Below, piece by piece: positions 14,159 to 30,990 of a stretch of 63,968 nt of DNA. Under the pieces are notes generated by a model that was given only the letters and a program-made list of their open reading frames with translations, ran no database searches and had not been told where the DNA came from. Origin of the DNA: Paraspadella gotoi (Eukaryota > Animalia > Chaetognatha); assembly GCA_051294375.1 (NCBI GenBank), contig CM119263.1:5640823-5704790 (forward strand), written 5' to 3'. Made by a program: the position numbers and the translations under genes. How positions within the stretch are numbered: the first letter of the stretch is position 1; every line of letters starts with the position of its first letter.

Positions 14159-14690
14159 GAGAGAGACAGTCGGGGGTCGAGGGGAAGCTCTTAAGCGTCT
14201 CGGCGGCGAGTGAAGGGAAGAGAGGAGAAGGAGGAGAGAGGAGGAGGAGGAGGGAGGAGGAGGAGGAAGAGAGAGAATCGTGAAAGACAGAAAAGGGACG
14301 AGTGAAAATGAGAGGCAGAGAGCGAACTGATAGAAAAGAAGAAAGATAGAAAAGAAAAATAGAAAGGTAAAGAATGGAAAATAGAAAAGTTGAGAGAAGA
14401 GATGAGACAGAAAAAAGAAAGAGAATAACTTGTTGATTCATTAAATTAGATTAATAATAAAAAATACATTAGTAAAATAAAGGAAAGGTATTTTTTTGAC
14501 ATTTCGCACTGCTGTCCCCGACGATGACGAGACGATGATGACGACGACGAGGCGACGACGACGACGACGATGAAGACGACGACGACAAAAGCCCATTGCC
14601 TCATAAAGTCTTTACGGCGGAAAATAAAATCAAGAGAATTTTTTTCAAGTTCAGACGAGATGAAATTAATACGCGGCGAATAAACAATTT

Positions 14691-14743
<53 letters not shown>

Positions 14744-14781
14744 AGAGAGAAGAGAGGAGAGAGAGAAGAGAGAGAGAGAGA

Positions 14782-14873
14782 GCGACCTTGAAGAGCATAA
14801 CAGACCAAAATATATTTACTGCCGACGCGATTCTTGGACAAAATAAGTAAAAAGCAAGTGTCAAAGTGAGAAG

Positions 14874-14950
<77 letters not shown>

Positions 14951-15048
14951 AGAGATGAGAGCGCCTTGAAGAGCATAACAACCAAAATATATTTACTGCC
15001 GAGCGATTTCTGACAAAATAAGTAAAAGCAAGTGTCAAAGTGAGAAGG
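14782..15048. repeat. Local ~90-bp tandem duplication embedded in (GA)n
   Basis: 14782-14874 vs 14961-15048, differing essentially by 1-bp indels. Confidence 0.9.
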
Positions 15049-16332
15049 AGTGAGAGAGGAGAGAGAGAGAGAGAAGGAGAGAGAGAGAGAGGACGGAGAG
15101 AGAGAGAGAGAGAGAGATGAAGAAGAAGAGAGGAGAGAGAGAAAGTATTCGTCATTTCCAGAGATTTAGTGGCTGTTCACATTCTTTTCCCCCAAAATTT
15201 ATGTTTTCACGTGAAAGTTGGGCAGTGAATGTTTTGGAAGGAAGGGAGATTGCGAAGAGAAGAGAATGGACCTAAAAACGTTGGAAACTGGAGTGAAATA
15301 ATAGAGGATAAGTTAGCGAAAGGACAGCATGATACAGGAGCAATGTGAGCTGAGCTGAGGCTAAGGTGAGGGTAGGAGCAAAGGTGAAGAGAGGTGAAGC
15401 AGGAGCGAAGACGAGGTCCCGCGCGGGTCGTAATCTTGACCCGAGGGAAAAGAAATCAAAGCTTCATGACTGATTCGCAAAATTTCCAAAACATAAAAGC
15501 CAAGAGCAGAGACAGAGAGAGTCAGAGAGGAGAGAGAGAGAGAGAGAGAGAGAGGCAGAAGAGCAGAGAGAAAGGAAGCGTCAAGAAATCGAAGCTTAGG
15601 CGAAAAAAAAAGGAAAACTCATTACTTCTCTTGTCTTTTTCATATTTATATTAAAACAAAAGAAAAAAAAAAACCTCCCGCGCCAAACCTAAAATTTTTC
15701 AGAGGAAAACAAAAAAAATAGAAAAACAAAAAAAAAGAAGGATAAAAAATGTGTGACCTCTGGCGGGGAAAAAGGAAAGGAGATGTCAACGGGAATGAAA
15801 TAAACAAGAAATAAAAGGGAAACGATAAAAGTAGAGTTGGCATCCGACTCGACGGAGGAAATTCGGAGGAAAGGAAAGAAAGGAGGAAGAAGGAAATGGA
15901 AAGGAAAAGAAAGAAAGAGAAAAAAAGTAAAGAAAAGAAACAAAAAAGACGAATAGAAAAGAAAAAGTTAATTTTTTTTTTCTACAAATTCTGTTGACTT
16001 TTTCTTTGAAGAAATAAAAAAGCCACGGGGTGTAGAGTGGGTGGAAGAAAAATGGTTGGGTATTTGGTTGAAGGTGGAATTGGAAGCTGACGTGATTCCA
16101 TCCTCAAAAAAAAACATCAAACAATCGACAACAACAACATCAACAACAACAGAAATTCTCCGTTGATCAGCAAAAGAAAAACAAACGTTGATCAAGTAAA
16201 AAAAACTGTGTCTGCGTTTTCCGCGCAGTTTCATATCTATGCGTGTGTGGGCAGAGTGTGGGCACTTTGTGGCTTAGTGTGGATTGTATGCGTCGCTTTT
16301 TTATAAAGGATTTTCATCCAGAATTCGAGAAT

Positions 16333-16367
<35 letters not shown>

Positions 16368-16908
16368 AAAACCGCGACGTCAGCTACAGAAAATCGAAGA
16401 CTGAAAATGCAAAATCTTTGACGTCGCATTAATTTTGCGTCTCGCAAGATAAATTAATAAAAAATAAAAAATGAAAGAAAAAATCAGCAATTTAATATTT
16501 CATACAAATAACAGTGGTACTTTTTCTCGCAAAATCGCAACTAAAGAATTTATTTAAATTTAGAAAAAAATATCTTAATTATTTGTAGCATTTGATTTAT
16601 GAGCCCTGCCTCGACATTAAAATGGACAACAACAACAACAACAACGACGTTCTTAGTTTCGTGCGCAATTTTTTGCGTTTTTCAAAAAAGTGGAATGATC
16701 CATTAATCGGAGATGCCCTGACTTACCAACTGATACCTTATCTTATGGAATAATATCGTGCCTTACTCGATTGATGCCGTGCCTTACTCTCTCCGCGCCA
16801 ATCTATGGTTATTGAAAAAAAAGAAAATAAACTGAAAAAATTTAAATTAAATTTTCAAAGAGAAAAAGAAAGTAAATCGATCGAAAAGAAATTAACCGAA
16901 GATTCAGA

Positions 16909-16945
<37 letters not shown>

Positions 16946-17922
16946 TTGATGATGTTGATGACGACGATGATGACCACTAAACGTCTCAGAATGCCAAGAC
17001 ACCAAACCACATTCCAAAAACAAGACGGAACATAAAGTTCCATGCCTCAGCCTATTCCAAGGTTCAATTTTTGTCACAATCCGATTTTCCTGCTCTCCAT
17101 ATCGACNNNNNNNNNNNNNNNNNNNNNNNNNNNNNNNNNNNNNNNNNNNNNNNNNNNNNNNNNNNNNNNNNNNNNNNNNNNNNNNNNNNNNNNNNNNNNN
17201 NNNNNNNNNNNNNNNNNNNNNNNNNNNNNNNNNNNNNNNNNNNNNNNNNNNNNNNNNNNNNNNNNNNNNNNNNNNNNNNNNNNNNNNNNNNNNNNNNNNN
17301 NNNNNNNNNNNNNNNNNNNNNNNNNNNNNNNNNNNNNNNNNNNNNNNNNNNNNNNNNNNNNNNNNNNNNNNNNNNNNNNNNNNNNNNNNNNNNNNNNNNN
17401 NNNNNNNNNNNNNNNNNNNNNNNNNNNNNNNNNNNNNNNNNNNNNNNNNNNNNNNNNNNNNNNNNNNNNNNNNNNNNNNNNNNNNNNNNNNNNNNNNNNN
17501 NNNNNNNNNNNNNNNNNNNNNNNNNNNNNNNNNNNNNNNNNNNNNNNNNNNNNNNNNNNNNNNNNNNNNNNNNNNNNNNNNNNNNNNNNNNNNNNNNNNN
17601 NNNNNNNNNNNNNNNNNNNNNNNNNNNNNNNNNNNNNNNNNNNNNNNNNNNNNNNNNNNNNNNNNNNNNNNNNNNNNNNNNNNNNNNNNNNNNNNNNNNN
17701 NNNNNNNNNNNNNNNNNNNNNNNNNNNNNNNNNNNNNNNNNNNNNNNNNNNNNNNNNNNNNNNNNNNNNNNNNNNNNNNNNNNNNNNNNNNNNNNNNNNN
17801 NNNNNNNNNNNNNNNNNNNNNNNNNNNNNNNNNNNNNNNNNNNNNNNNNNNNNNNNNNNNNNNNNNNNNNNNNNNNNNNNNNNNNNNNNNNNNNNNNNNN
17901 NNNNNNNNNNNNNNNNNNNNNN

Positions 17923-20913
<2,991 letters not shown>

Positions 20914-21110
20914 ACCCCCAACCACCCAACCCCTTCCCCCCCATTCCGCCCCCTCTCGCATTTATTTCGTCCCACAATTCGATCATCTATGGAAATTTCC
21001 AACGCGGACTTTAGATCGCTGATGCCCTGACGTCTGTTCCTGACATGGAATCGCACGTTGAACCGAGGAGAACATTTTCTCTTTCTCTCTCTCTTTTTAC
21101 GTCTTTCTTT

Positions 21111-21177
<67 letters not shown>

Positions 21178-21987
21178 TTTTGTTTCTCTATTTCTTTTCT
21201 ATTTTCTTGTTTTGCTTTCCATTTTCTTTCAACTTCTACTTTCTTTTCTTTCTCTTTTTCTTTTTTATTTTCCTTTTTTTCTTTTCCCCGTCGTCGAACG
21301 ACGACGACTCGAACGACGACGACGAACACGACGAACAACGAACGAAGAACGGTATGACGACAAATCTTATATTTTTGCGACGTCGATTCGATGTTGCATT
21401 TCTTCTCCTCTTCCTCCTCCTTCTCCTCCTCTCTCCTCCCTCCTCCTCCTCCTTCCTCACCAGACTGGCTCCCTATTTCTTCTATTTTAGGTCCGTCTGG
21501 CATGACGGACTCGGCGCCTTCTATACCTTTAGAGGGGAGGTGTCGTTGCGAGTGATTCGAGTTGAGGCAGAATGAGGGGAGGTAAAGGGCGGGAAAAACG
21601 GGGTAAAGCTGCCCCCTCTCTCCTCACTCGTTATGTTCCGCCCCCTAATTAAGAATAGAAAGTAAGCGTTGGTGGGTTTAAGAATATGAAGGAGCGTGAG
21701 TTATCGAAAGTGTGAGGAAAAAGTGTGAGAATCAGATGAAGAAGTCAATAGTGAGGATGGTTGTTCTAAGACCCGTGACTAATTCTTTTGGCAAAAAAAG
21801 TTTTTCAACGATAACTTGGACATGAACTAACCGAAATTGGCGGCGAATGTTAAAGGAAGATAATTGTGTGAATTCCTTTCCACCAGATTGGTTACCCTGT
21901 TCACATCAACTGTCATTCTCTTTGTATAATCTATCACTTTCTTTTTTTTCACCTCTCAATCCCCACTCTCCTTCCCCGAAATAGAAA

Positions 21988-22534
21988 CCCCCTCCCCTCT
22001 CCCCCCTCTCACCTCCCCTCCCCTTTCCCTTCCTCCCTTCCCTTTTCCTTCCCTCCCATCTCCCACTCACCTCCCTCCCATTTCCATTTCCTCCCTCCCC
22101 TTCCCTTCCTCCCTCCCCTCCCCCATCACCCCCCCCCCGATCTCCCTCCTCCCATTTCCTTTCCTCCCTTCCCCTTCCCTTCCTCCCCCTCCCCCACTCA
22201 CCTCCCCTCCCATTTCCTTTTCCTCCCTTCCCTTTCCCTTTCCCCTCCCTTCCCCTTTTCCTTCCTCCCCTCCCCCTCCTCACCTCCCCCTCCTCCCATT
22301 TCCTTTCCTCTCTTCCCCTTCCCTTCCTCCACTTTCTCTTCCTCCCTCTTCCCTTCCATTCCTCCCTTTTACCTCCCCTCCCATTATCCTTCCTCCCTTC
22401 CCCTTTCCCTTCCTGCCATCCCCCTCTCACCTCCCTTTCCCTTTCCCTTCCCCCTCCCTTCCTCCCTTCTCCCTTCCCCTTTCCCTTCCTCCCATCCCCC
22501 TCTTACCTCCCCTTCCCTTTCCCTTCCTCCCCCC
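21988..22534. repeat. C-rich polypyrimidine low-complexity tract with internal repeats
   Basis: Almost purely C/T; ctcacctcccctcccatttcc and cccatttcctttcctc recur. Confidence 0.9.
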
Positions 22535-23166
22535 GAAAATTAAAAGCTTGAATTCCCCGACGAACCCGACTTTGGCCTTTAAGGTAAAGGTCGCCACAGA
22601 GGCGGGGACCACGTCCACTTTCCCTCCGCCTCCCTCCACCCCTGATCCCACTCAACCCTACCACCCCGCCACCCACCCCCAAAATAGGCCACGCCCTCTT
22701 CTCGGCTGCCACTGAGTCGCTTCCCCCGCGAACCTCAAGAGGCGGCGTCATATTTTGAGGATTCGATATCATTTTTAGAAAAAATTCCGGGAGGAATTGG
22801 GAAGAGAAAGAGGGGGGGGAGAGAGGAAGAATTTAAGAGAGGATGAGAGGTGGGGAAAGAGAAAAGAGAAGAGAGGATGATAGGAAAGGATTAATAAAGG
22901 AATATTGGGGTCAAAAGAGAAGAGGGGAGGGAGAGAGAAAACTTGATAATGAGAGAAAGAAAAGTGGAAAAAGAGAAGAGGTGAGAGAAGAAGAGATAAA
23001 GAGAGGAAAAGAAGTGGCGAAAGCGAAAGAAAAGGTAGGAGGAGATTAAGAAAGAAATAAAAAGGGTGAAAGAAAGGAAAGAGAAGAATCGTTGGACAAA
23101 AGAAAAGAAAATCACTGAATTCGTGCATAAACTGATTTACACTTTCGTTGTCAGACTAACAGTGTT

Positions 23167-23285
<119 letters not shown>

Positions 23286-24371
23286 CACTCAAACAGCGGT
23301 ATCTCGTGGGAATCTAGAGAGAAAGAGAGAGTGAGTGAGTGAGAGAGAGAAAACTTTGAATAAGGGGAGAATAAACATAAGGCCTGAGACGAAAGGGTCG
23401 GCCGTTCGAGGGCGCGAGGGAGCGAGACGCGTTGTTGTTGTTGTTGTTGTTATTGTCTCTCGTGGAAAAAACAAAAGAGCATCATTCATATTCATTAAAT
23501 TTCTCTCCCTTTTTTTCGTTTCTTTGTTCTCAAAGTTTTTTAAATTTTCAACGTAATAAAGTTATCAGCCTTCCTCTCCCTCTCTCTCTCTCTGCTCTCT
23601 CTCTCTCTCTCCTCTCCTTTCTCTCTCTACTTCTCTCTCTCTCTCTCATCGCTTATCTCTCTCTCCTGTAGCCCCTCCGTTTCCGTCCTTCATCATTTTT
23701 AAAAAATCGATTTTAAAAAACAAAGTCGTGACACATAGAGTTCCAAAAGAGAGAGAGCGAAGAGAGAGAGAGGGAGACGAGACGAGAGACGAGAGATGAG
23801 AGACGACGGAAAGAGAAAGAGGAGAGGGAGAGGACGAAGAGAGAGAGAGAGAGAGGAGACGCTGTCAGGGGTGAACCAATCGAGAGAGGGTGCGAGGGAT
23901 GGGAGATTGAGGGGTCGCATGATCTGATAGCGGGGTGGCGCTGTCGTGAAAAAATCTCAAGTGAGGAACAAATCGAGTCAGATTCAACGCGCGAGAAAAG
24001 AGAGAATAACAATTTTGATATGGAAATCAAATTCGGATTAATTTTTTTTTAGTTACGGAGCAAAAGGTCATTTGGTGAGGATGAGAGAGAAATCTAAAAG
24101 AGAGGGGGAAGGGGTAGGCATGCCCGAAGTGAGATGTGGCGGGCGGCAGCGTCGGGCGGCAGCGGCGGGCGGCGGGCGGCGGGCGGCGGGCGGCGGCGAA
24201 GATGTTCAGTCGCTTCGTTGTGACGAGTTTGACTTGAGATTCGAAGGAATTCGATTCCCCGCGGGGTTGGGTGGGGGGGGGAGGAAAGTGGGGTAAGGGG
24301 CAAATGGAAAGGGTGAGGGGGCGAACGGCGGGGCGGTGATTGGTCCCCTCGGTGCCAGTTTTGATCAGAAG

Positions 24372-24410
24372 GTCGGCAGCGCGGGTCGGCAGCGCGGGTC
24401 GGCAGCGCGG
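24372..24410. repeat. 13-bp tandem repeat x3 (GGTCGGCAGCGCG)
   Basis: Three exact copies. Confidence 0.9.
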
Positions 24411-24487
24411 GGCGTCACTGCGGGCGTCGCAAAAAACGACGAGGTCAAAATAGATAAAACGACCTTCGGCCTAAAATGTCGTCGTCG

Positions 24488-24526
<39 letters not shown>

Positions 24527-25257
24527 TTCCTATAATTTTCTTATCAAAATGGATCGCGTTTCTCAACCGTGAACGATCCAATTTTTTTTTAATCCTGTTA
24601 CTTCGACTATGAGAGATTTTCTGACGTGAATAAAACTTAACATTTTCCCGTGATTCGTTTAGATATTTAAAATACGCGATCATAGTTTAATTTAAGTAAT
24701 AAAGTAAAAAAAAAGGGATTCGAACTCCCGTCTTCGTGGGGGAAAAATCTCGAGAGGCGGAAGAGAAAATTGAGAAAACATTGGAAGAAGAAGAAGAAGA
24801 AAAAGAAAAAGAAGAGAAAAATAATAAGAAAAAAAGAAGAAAAAGAAAAAGAAAAAGAAAAAGAAAAAGAAAAAGAAAAAGAAAAAGAAATCTTTTTAGT
24901 TTCATTCGCTTAAAAATCCGTTTCGCGACCAAGAAATCGTGTTGATGCAAACGTAAGAAATCCCTTCGAGAACGACTCTCTCTCTCNNNNNNNNNNNNNN
25001 NNNNNNNNNNNNNNNNNNNNNNNNNNNNNNNNNNNNNNNNNNNNNNNNNNNNNNNNNNNNNNNNNNNNNNNNNNNNNNNNNNNNNNNNNNNNNNNNNNNN
25101 NNNNNNNNNNNNNNNNNNNNNNNNNNNNNNNNNNNNNNNNNNNNNNNNNNNNNNNNNNNNNNNNNNNNNNNNNNNNNNNNNNNNNNNNNNNNNNNNNNNN
25201 NNNNNNNNNNNNNNNNNNNNNNNNNNNNNNNNNNNNNNNNNNNNNNNNNNNNNNNNN

Positions 25258-25288
<31 letters not shown>

Positions 25289-26445
25289 AATGGTGAAAAC
25301 AAAACATTGAAGGATGAGATAAAAATTCAGCGAAAAAAACATTGAAAGCGAAAAAAAAGGGGAAAAATAATCTTTAAAACGAATATTTCTCTGTATCTTC
25401 ATTTAAAACGGTGACCGCTGTAAAAGGTGTAAGAGACAACGAAAAAGAATTAAAAAAGAGAACGAGACTGACCGACTATTCAATCGAAAACAAACTCAAT
25501 TAGATCCCTCATCTAAAAATGATATTTTCATATGAATCTCTGCCAATTCATACATTTATTTCCCGTTAACTTAATTGAGAGATGGGTCCGATTCGCATCC
25601 ACTTTTCCAAGAAATCGACTGATTTTTCGAAAGAACAATTTGCGAAAATGTCGGATGCAGCGATGGCGGTGGCGGCGGCAGCGGCAGCGGTGGCGGCGGT
25701 GGCGGCCGCAGCGGCGNNNNNNNNNNNNNNNNNNNNNNNNNGAGCAGAGAGAGACGACAATGAGGGAACAATGGATGATTGAAACAATAACAATTGATCA
25801 GAGCTGGACATCGCACTAGATAAGAAAAATTCACTGCGAAATAATAAATTATAATACATTGAATGACGAAAAAAATAATCAAACAAAAAGTGGGCAAAAT
25901 AGTAACGAATAAAATAACGTGCTTTATTTTTAAAACCGTAATACTTTCTTCTTGGTATCTTCATTTCATTTAAAACGCTTATGTACCCCCGGCCTTTTGC
26001 TCTAACAAGGCATGTAATACGAGAAGACAACGATAAAAGATATTAAAAAAACGATGAACGGAGCAACTGAACCGCATCTATTTTCAATACGCACAATACG
26101 AAAGCTACAATTAGTTATGATCACCCTTCATCTCAAAAAATGAATAACTTTTCATAATGAATCCCTTGCCCATATTCACTTCTTACATTTTTATTTCCCG
26201 GTCTAAACTTAATTTTTGAGAGAAAACATGGTAGGTCCAGATTCCAGCAGCTATCACGTTTTCCCGAAGAAAAAGAAAATCGAACTAAGATTTTATCGAA
26301 TCAAGAAACCCAAATTTGCTCGAAAAACTGTACAGGAAACTGACAGCCTGACTCACTGGCTGGTGCTCAACGGCATAGCTATGACCGCTCTCCAGTGCCA
26401 GTAGCTGGCAAGCGTGGACCGGGCTGGTGGCAGGGCCGCAGCCGG
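25258..26445. repeat. Tandem duplication (25258-25716 vs ~25742-26445); second copy inflated by insertions, probable raw long-read sequence
   Basis: e.g. ttcccgttaacttaattgagagatgggtccgattc vs ttcccggtctaaacttaatttttgagagaaaacatggtaggtccagattc; 25-N gap at 25717-25741. Confidence 0.85.
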
Positions 26446-27150
26446 ATCGCCGGATTTATCGGTTCCTTCGAAGATGCAAATTTTGCCACCCGGATAAGAG
26501 AGAAAAAAAGAATAGAATGGCAGGGATAGAAAACACTTGCCTGAGCTTTCGATTACCTATTACAGTGACCCCCGCAAAAACACCCAGTGCCATCGCCAAT
26601 CTTTTTCTTCTCTCTACTCTCTCTCTCTCTTCTCTCTCTCTTCTCGTTCTCTCATCATCTCTCCTCCTCTCCCTCCTCTCTCTCTCTCTCATCTCTTCTC
26701 TTCTCTTCTCATCTCTTCTCTCTTCTCTCTGTCACCTTTATTCTTTCCTATTTTTATCTTTCTCTCTCCCACTCTCTCTCTCACTCCTCGTCCTCAAAAG
26801 AAAACGACCGATTTTTTAGTTTCTCATTTCACATTTCTGAGAAAAAAAAGGTTGAAGAAGAAGATAAAGGGCTAAGGGTTAAAAATTAGGAGGGCGAAGA
26901 TTGAAAAAAAAAACCCAAGCAATGATAAACCTATTTAGAATACAATAAGAACAAGAAAACAACAAGAATAAACAAAACAGTAACAGCAAAAATAACAACA
27001 ACAACTATAAATACAACAACAACATCGTCGGCGTTTTTCCCCTCGCATCTTTAACGTAATATATGACTTATGAGGGAAAAATAAAAGTGATAAGGAAAAT
27101 GGAACGGCGCTTGGAATATGAGGGGGAGTGGAGCGGGGAAAGGTGAGACA

Positions 27151-27266
<116 letters not shown>

Positions 27267-28734
27267 GAGAGAGGCCTTCAAGAGAAAGGAGGTTGTATGA
27301 ACGGGATTTATCACCGCGAAAAATCCTGAAGTAGCCCGAGAGAAGCGGAGCGAAATGTGCCAGATCGGGCACAGGAGGGGCGTGAATGGCCCGTGCCTTT
27401 CGGGCTGAGGAGAGGACCGACTTTTAGGTTCCGAAAACATCTTTCTTTCCTCTAGTTACAATATCGCAAAATCAAAATATCACAAATTCACAATGTGAAA
27501 ATGTCTCAATTTAATTTAGTTTTCCTCGCTCGTTTTCAAATTAACTTTTGCCTGATCCTCAAATTTGGCCTCACCCCCGATTATTTTTCCCCTCACGCAC
27601 ACCCTGTTCCAGCGGCGACTCGCACGCATCTTCCTACTTCTTTCTCTTGACCCTCCTTCTGTTTCAACCCCACGTGTTTCTTCTTCTCAGATCGAATTTT
27701 CGAGTCTCCAGAGACTTTCGCTTCCAGAGTCTGACTTGACTTTCAATCTTGGCTTGATGAACGGTTTCAGCCTCTTCTCTCTCTCCCTCTCTATATCTCT
27801 CTTCTCTCCCTCTCTATCTCTTCTCTCTCTCTCTATCGTTCTTCTCTTACTCTCAATATCTCCTCTTTCCTTCCCTATCTATCCTCTTCCCCTCTTTTTA
27901 TCTTTTCTCTCCTCTTGCATTTATATACGCATATCCTCACTCCCGTTACCTTGACTGGCGNNNNNNNNNNNNNNNNNNNNNNNNNGCGGTTCCTGCCGAT
28001 CACCGCCCGTCCTTTCTCCTTCTGCTAGTCTCTCGTCCGCGGCCTCTCTTATCTCTTCTCCTTTTCTTCTCCCACTTCTCGTCTCTCTCTCTCGTCATCT
28101 CTCTCTCTCTCCCTCGTCGTCTCTCTCTCCATCGGTCGTCCGCTCCTCATCTGTCCGTCTCTCTCTCTCTCTCTCCCATGCCGTCTCTCTCATCGTCGTC
28201 GTCCTCTCTCTCAGGTCCTCTTTCCTCTCCGTCCTCCGCGATCCCAGTCGGGCCCGATCGTAGTTTCTCTTCTCTCCTCGGTATCTTTTGTTCTCCCTCT
28301 CTCTCGTAGTCTATCTCTCGGTCTCTCTAGTCCCCTCTCGTTCATCATCCTCTCTCATCCTCCTCTTCTCTGCTATCTCTGCATCTGTCACGGTAGGAAA
28401 GAAGTGAAACACGTAGGAAGAAGTCGAAAAGGAATTGAAGTTCTAGGTTTGTCGGCTCAAAGGGGGCAGGAATGTCGGCAAGAAAGAATGAATGCGTCGG
28501 CTAAGAGGGGAGATGACCGCTGGGGTTCGTTACCGACTGGACAGAAGAATCGGCCAAACGTGGTGAGGGTTTGACGGAGAGAGAATAGGAGAAGAGGAGA
28601 ATAAGAGAATAGGAGAACATGAGATTAGGAGAGAGGATTCGAAAAAAATAGTCACTAGGTTTAGGAAGAAAATAAAAAAAGTAAAGGATTAAATATATAT
28701 TATTTTCTCTTTTGATATAGCAAAAAAGCCACTG

Positions 28735-28830
28735 TATTTCTGTGGCATCTTTGAGGCATCTCTGCATTATTATCTCTTCGGAATCTCTCCTACATCTTTG
28801 TGACATCAATGCAGCATCAGTGAAGCATCA
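28735..28830. repeat. ~11-bp degenerate minisatellite (GCATCTYTGNG)
   Basis: gcatctttgag gcatctctg ... acatctttgtg acatcaatgca gcatcagtgaa gcatc. Confidence 0.65.
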
Positions 28831-30165
28831 ACTCAAAAGGAAATTTTGAGAAATCGAACGTAATGGCGATTTTCTTTTTTCCCGTCTCCTCCTCCTCCTC
28901 CTCCACCTCCTCTCATTCTTCCTCCTCCTCCTCATCTTTCTCCTCTTCCTCCTCCTTCTTCACACCTTTTATTCCTTCTTCCTCGTCCTCCTCCTCTTTC
29001 TCCTCCTCCTCTTCCTCTTCCGCCCTCGAAAATCTTCATCTCTCTCAAGAGTCTCCTCCTCGATTCCTTCTGGATTTTTCGCTTCTTTGCTCCACTTAGT
29101 TCCTCCCTTTCTTCCTCTCTCCTCCTTTTCTTCCTCTCTCCTGTCTTTCTTCCTCTCTCTTCTCTTACTTCCTCTCTCATCTTTTTCTTCCTCTCTCCTC
29201 TCTTACCTCCTATCTCCTCTCTTCCCTCGTCTCTCCTCTCTTACTTCCTCTCTCCTCCCTTTCTTCCTCTCTCATCTCCTTCTTCATTTCTCTTCCCTTT
29301 CTTCCTTTCTCTTCCCTTTCTTCCTCTCTCCTCCCTTTCTTCTTCTTCTCTCTTCCCTTTCTTCTTCTCCTTTTCCTTTCTCCTCTCTTCTTCCTTTTCC
29401 CCTCACTCTTCCCTTCACTCATCTGTCCTTCCTCCCTCCCTCTCTTCTCTAGATAAAAAAAAAGCGAAAAAAGAGAGANNNNNNNNNNNNNNNNNNNNNN
29501 NNNNNNNNNNNNNNNNNNNNNNNNNNNNNNNNNNNNNNNNNNNNNNNNNNNNNNNNNNNNNNNNNNNNNNNNNNNNNNNNNNNNNNNNNNNNNNNNNNNN
29601 NNNNNNNNNNNNNNNNNNNNNNNNNNNNNNNNNNNNNNNNNNNNNNNNNNNNNNNNNNNNNNNNNNNNNNNNNNNNNNNNNNNNNNNNNNNNNNNNNNNN
29701 NNNNNNNNNNNNNNNNNNNNNNNNNNNNNNNNNNNNNNNNNNNNNNNNNNNNNNNNNNNNNNNNNNNNNNNNNNNNNNNNNNNNNNNNNNNNNNNNNNNN
29801 NNNNNNNNNNNNNNNNNNNNNNNNNNNNNNNNNNNNNNNNNNNNNNNNNNNNNNNNNNNNNNNNNNNNNNNNNNNNNNNNNNNNNNNNNNNNNNNNNNNN
29901 NNNNNNNNNNNNNNNNNNNNNNNNNNNNNNNNNNNNNNNNNNNNNNNNNNNNNNNNNNNNNNNNNNNNNNNNNNNNNNNNNNNNNNNNNNNNNNNNNNNN
30001 NNNNNNNNNNNNNNNNNNNNNNNNNNNNNNNNNNNNNNNNNNNNNNNNNNNNNNNNNNNNNNNNNNNNNNNNNNNNNNNNNNNNNNNNNNNNNNNNNNNN
30101 NNNNNNNNNNNNNNNNNNNNNNNNNNNNNNNNNNNNNGAGATCGTCTGACGATTCCCCGATCGAC

Positions 30166-30272
30166 GATTGGTCGACGCCTGGTCGGGGGATAAGAGTCGA
30201 AGCCTGATTGGTCGAAACGATGAAACCTTATCTGATTGGACGAGATGTTCGAAAACTACGGCTTCTGATTAG
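30166..30272 (-). promoter_or_regulatory. Cluster of 3-4 co-oriented CCAAT boxes ((CT)GATTGGWCG)
   Basis: GATTGG at 30166, 30206 and 30234, GATTAG variant at 30267; spacers are not repeated. Confidence 0.4.
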
Positions 30273-30955
30273 TCGGTCCGTCCGGGCGATGGGAGGAACT
30301 TCCCGAGTCCCTCGAGTTGACCGCCGACAGAAGCGGCCGAGAAATCCGGACGGAATTTCGGCCGAAAGTTACAGTCTCTATCTCGCTCTCACTCTTACTC
30401 TCTCTCTCGCTCTCGCTCGCAGAACCGAAGTAATCGATTCCTAGGGATTTGTATCTCTCTTCACCTTGCGTGAGCCGATGGGTTTTAGATTTGGCTNNNN
30501 NNNNNNNNNNNNNNNNNNNNNNNNNNNNNNNNNNNNNNNNNNNNNNNNNNNNNNNNNNNNNNNNNNNNNNNNNNNNNNNNNNNNNNNNNNNNNNNNNNNN
30601 NNNNNNNNNNNNNNNNNNNNNNNNNNNNNNNNNNNNNNNNNNNNNNNNNNNNNNNNNNNNNNNNNNNNNNNNNNNNNNNAAAAACCCTTGCGACCTTCAA
30701 TCAAGACAAAAGACTTTTTTTCGCTCCAATATATTTTCTCTTCAAACCCCCAGATGTCGTTTCGACGCGACGGGGATTTCAAATTTGACGGACGACGACG
30801 ACGACGACGACGAAGACGACGACGAGTCCTGATCTCAACTCAGCCGAGGTCATCCTCAATCAAGGATATCGCGTTTGGTGCTTGGTGTTCGATGTTTTGT
30901 GATTGGTTGGGGGGTCGATTTGGAATGGGGTGCTTTCCCAGGTGGTTAAAGACTT

Positions 30956-30990
<35 letters not shown>

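Noticed and set aside
16758-16786. Two GTGCCTTA miR-124 seed matches or a possible miR-124 gene
   Set aside because: The match to miR-124 stops after about 9 nt, there is no hairpin, and no evidence of a 3' UTR; likely a 21-bp-period local repeat.
24341-24360. miR-133-like TTGGTCCCCT
   Set aside because: Only the first ~10 nt match; no precursor hairpin.
24715-24735. tRNA/SINE B-box (GTTCGAATC on the minus strand followed by a T-run)
   Set aside because: No A-box, cloverleaf or proper T-stem.
26216-26460. Coding-looking complex sequence (ORF 26216-26404)
   Set aside because: It is an insertion-riddled copy of 25560-25716, i.e. long-read noise.
27986-28385. Apparently complex CT-rich sequence with unusual interruptions
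   Set aside because: Follows a 25-N gap and looks like an unpolished (CT)n tract; similar at ~2030-2190, ~6430-6600 and ~57150-57660.
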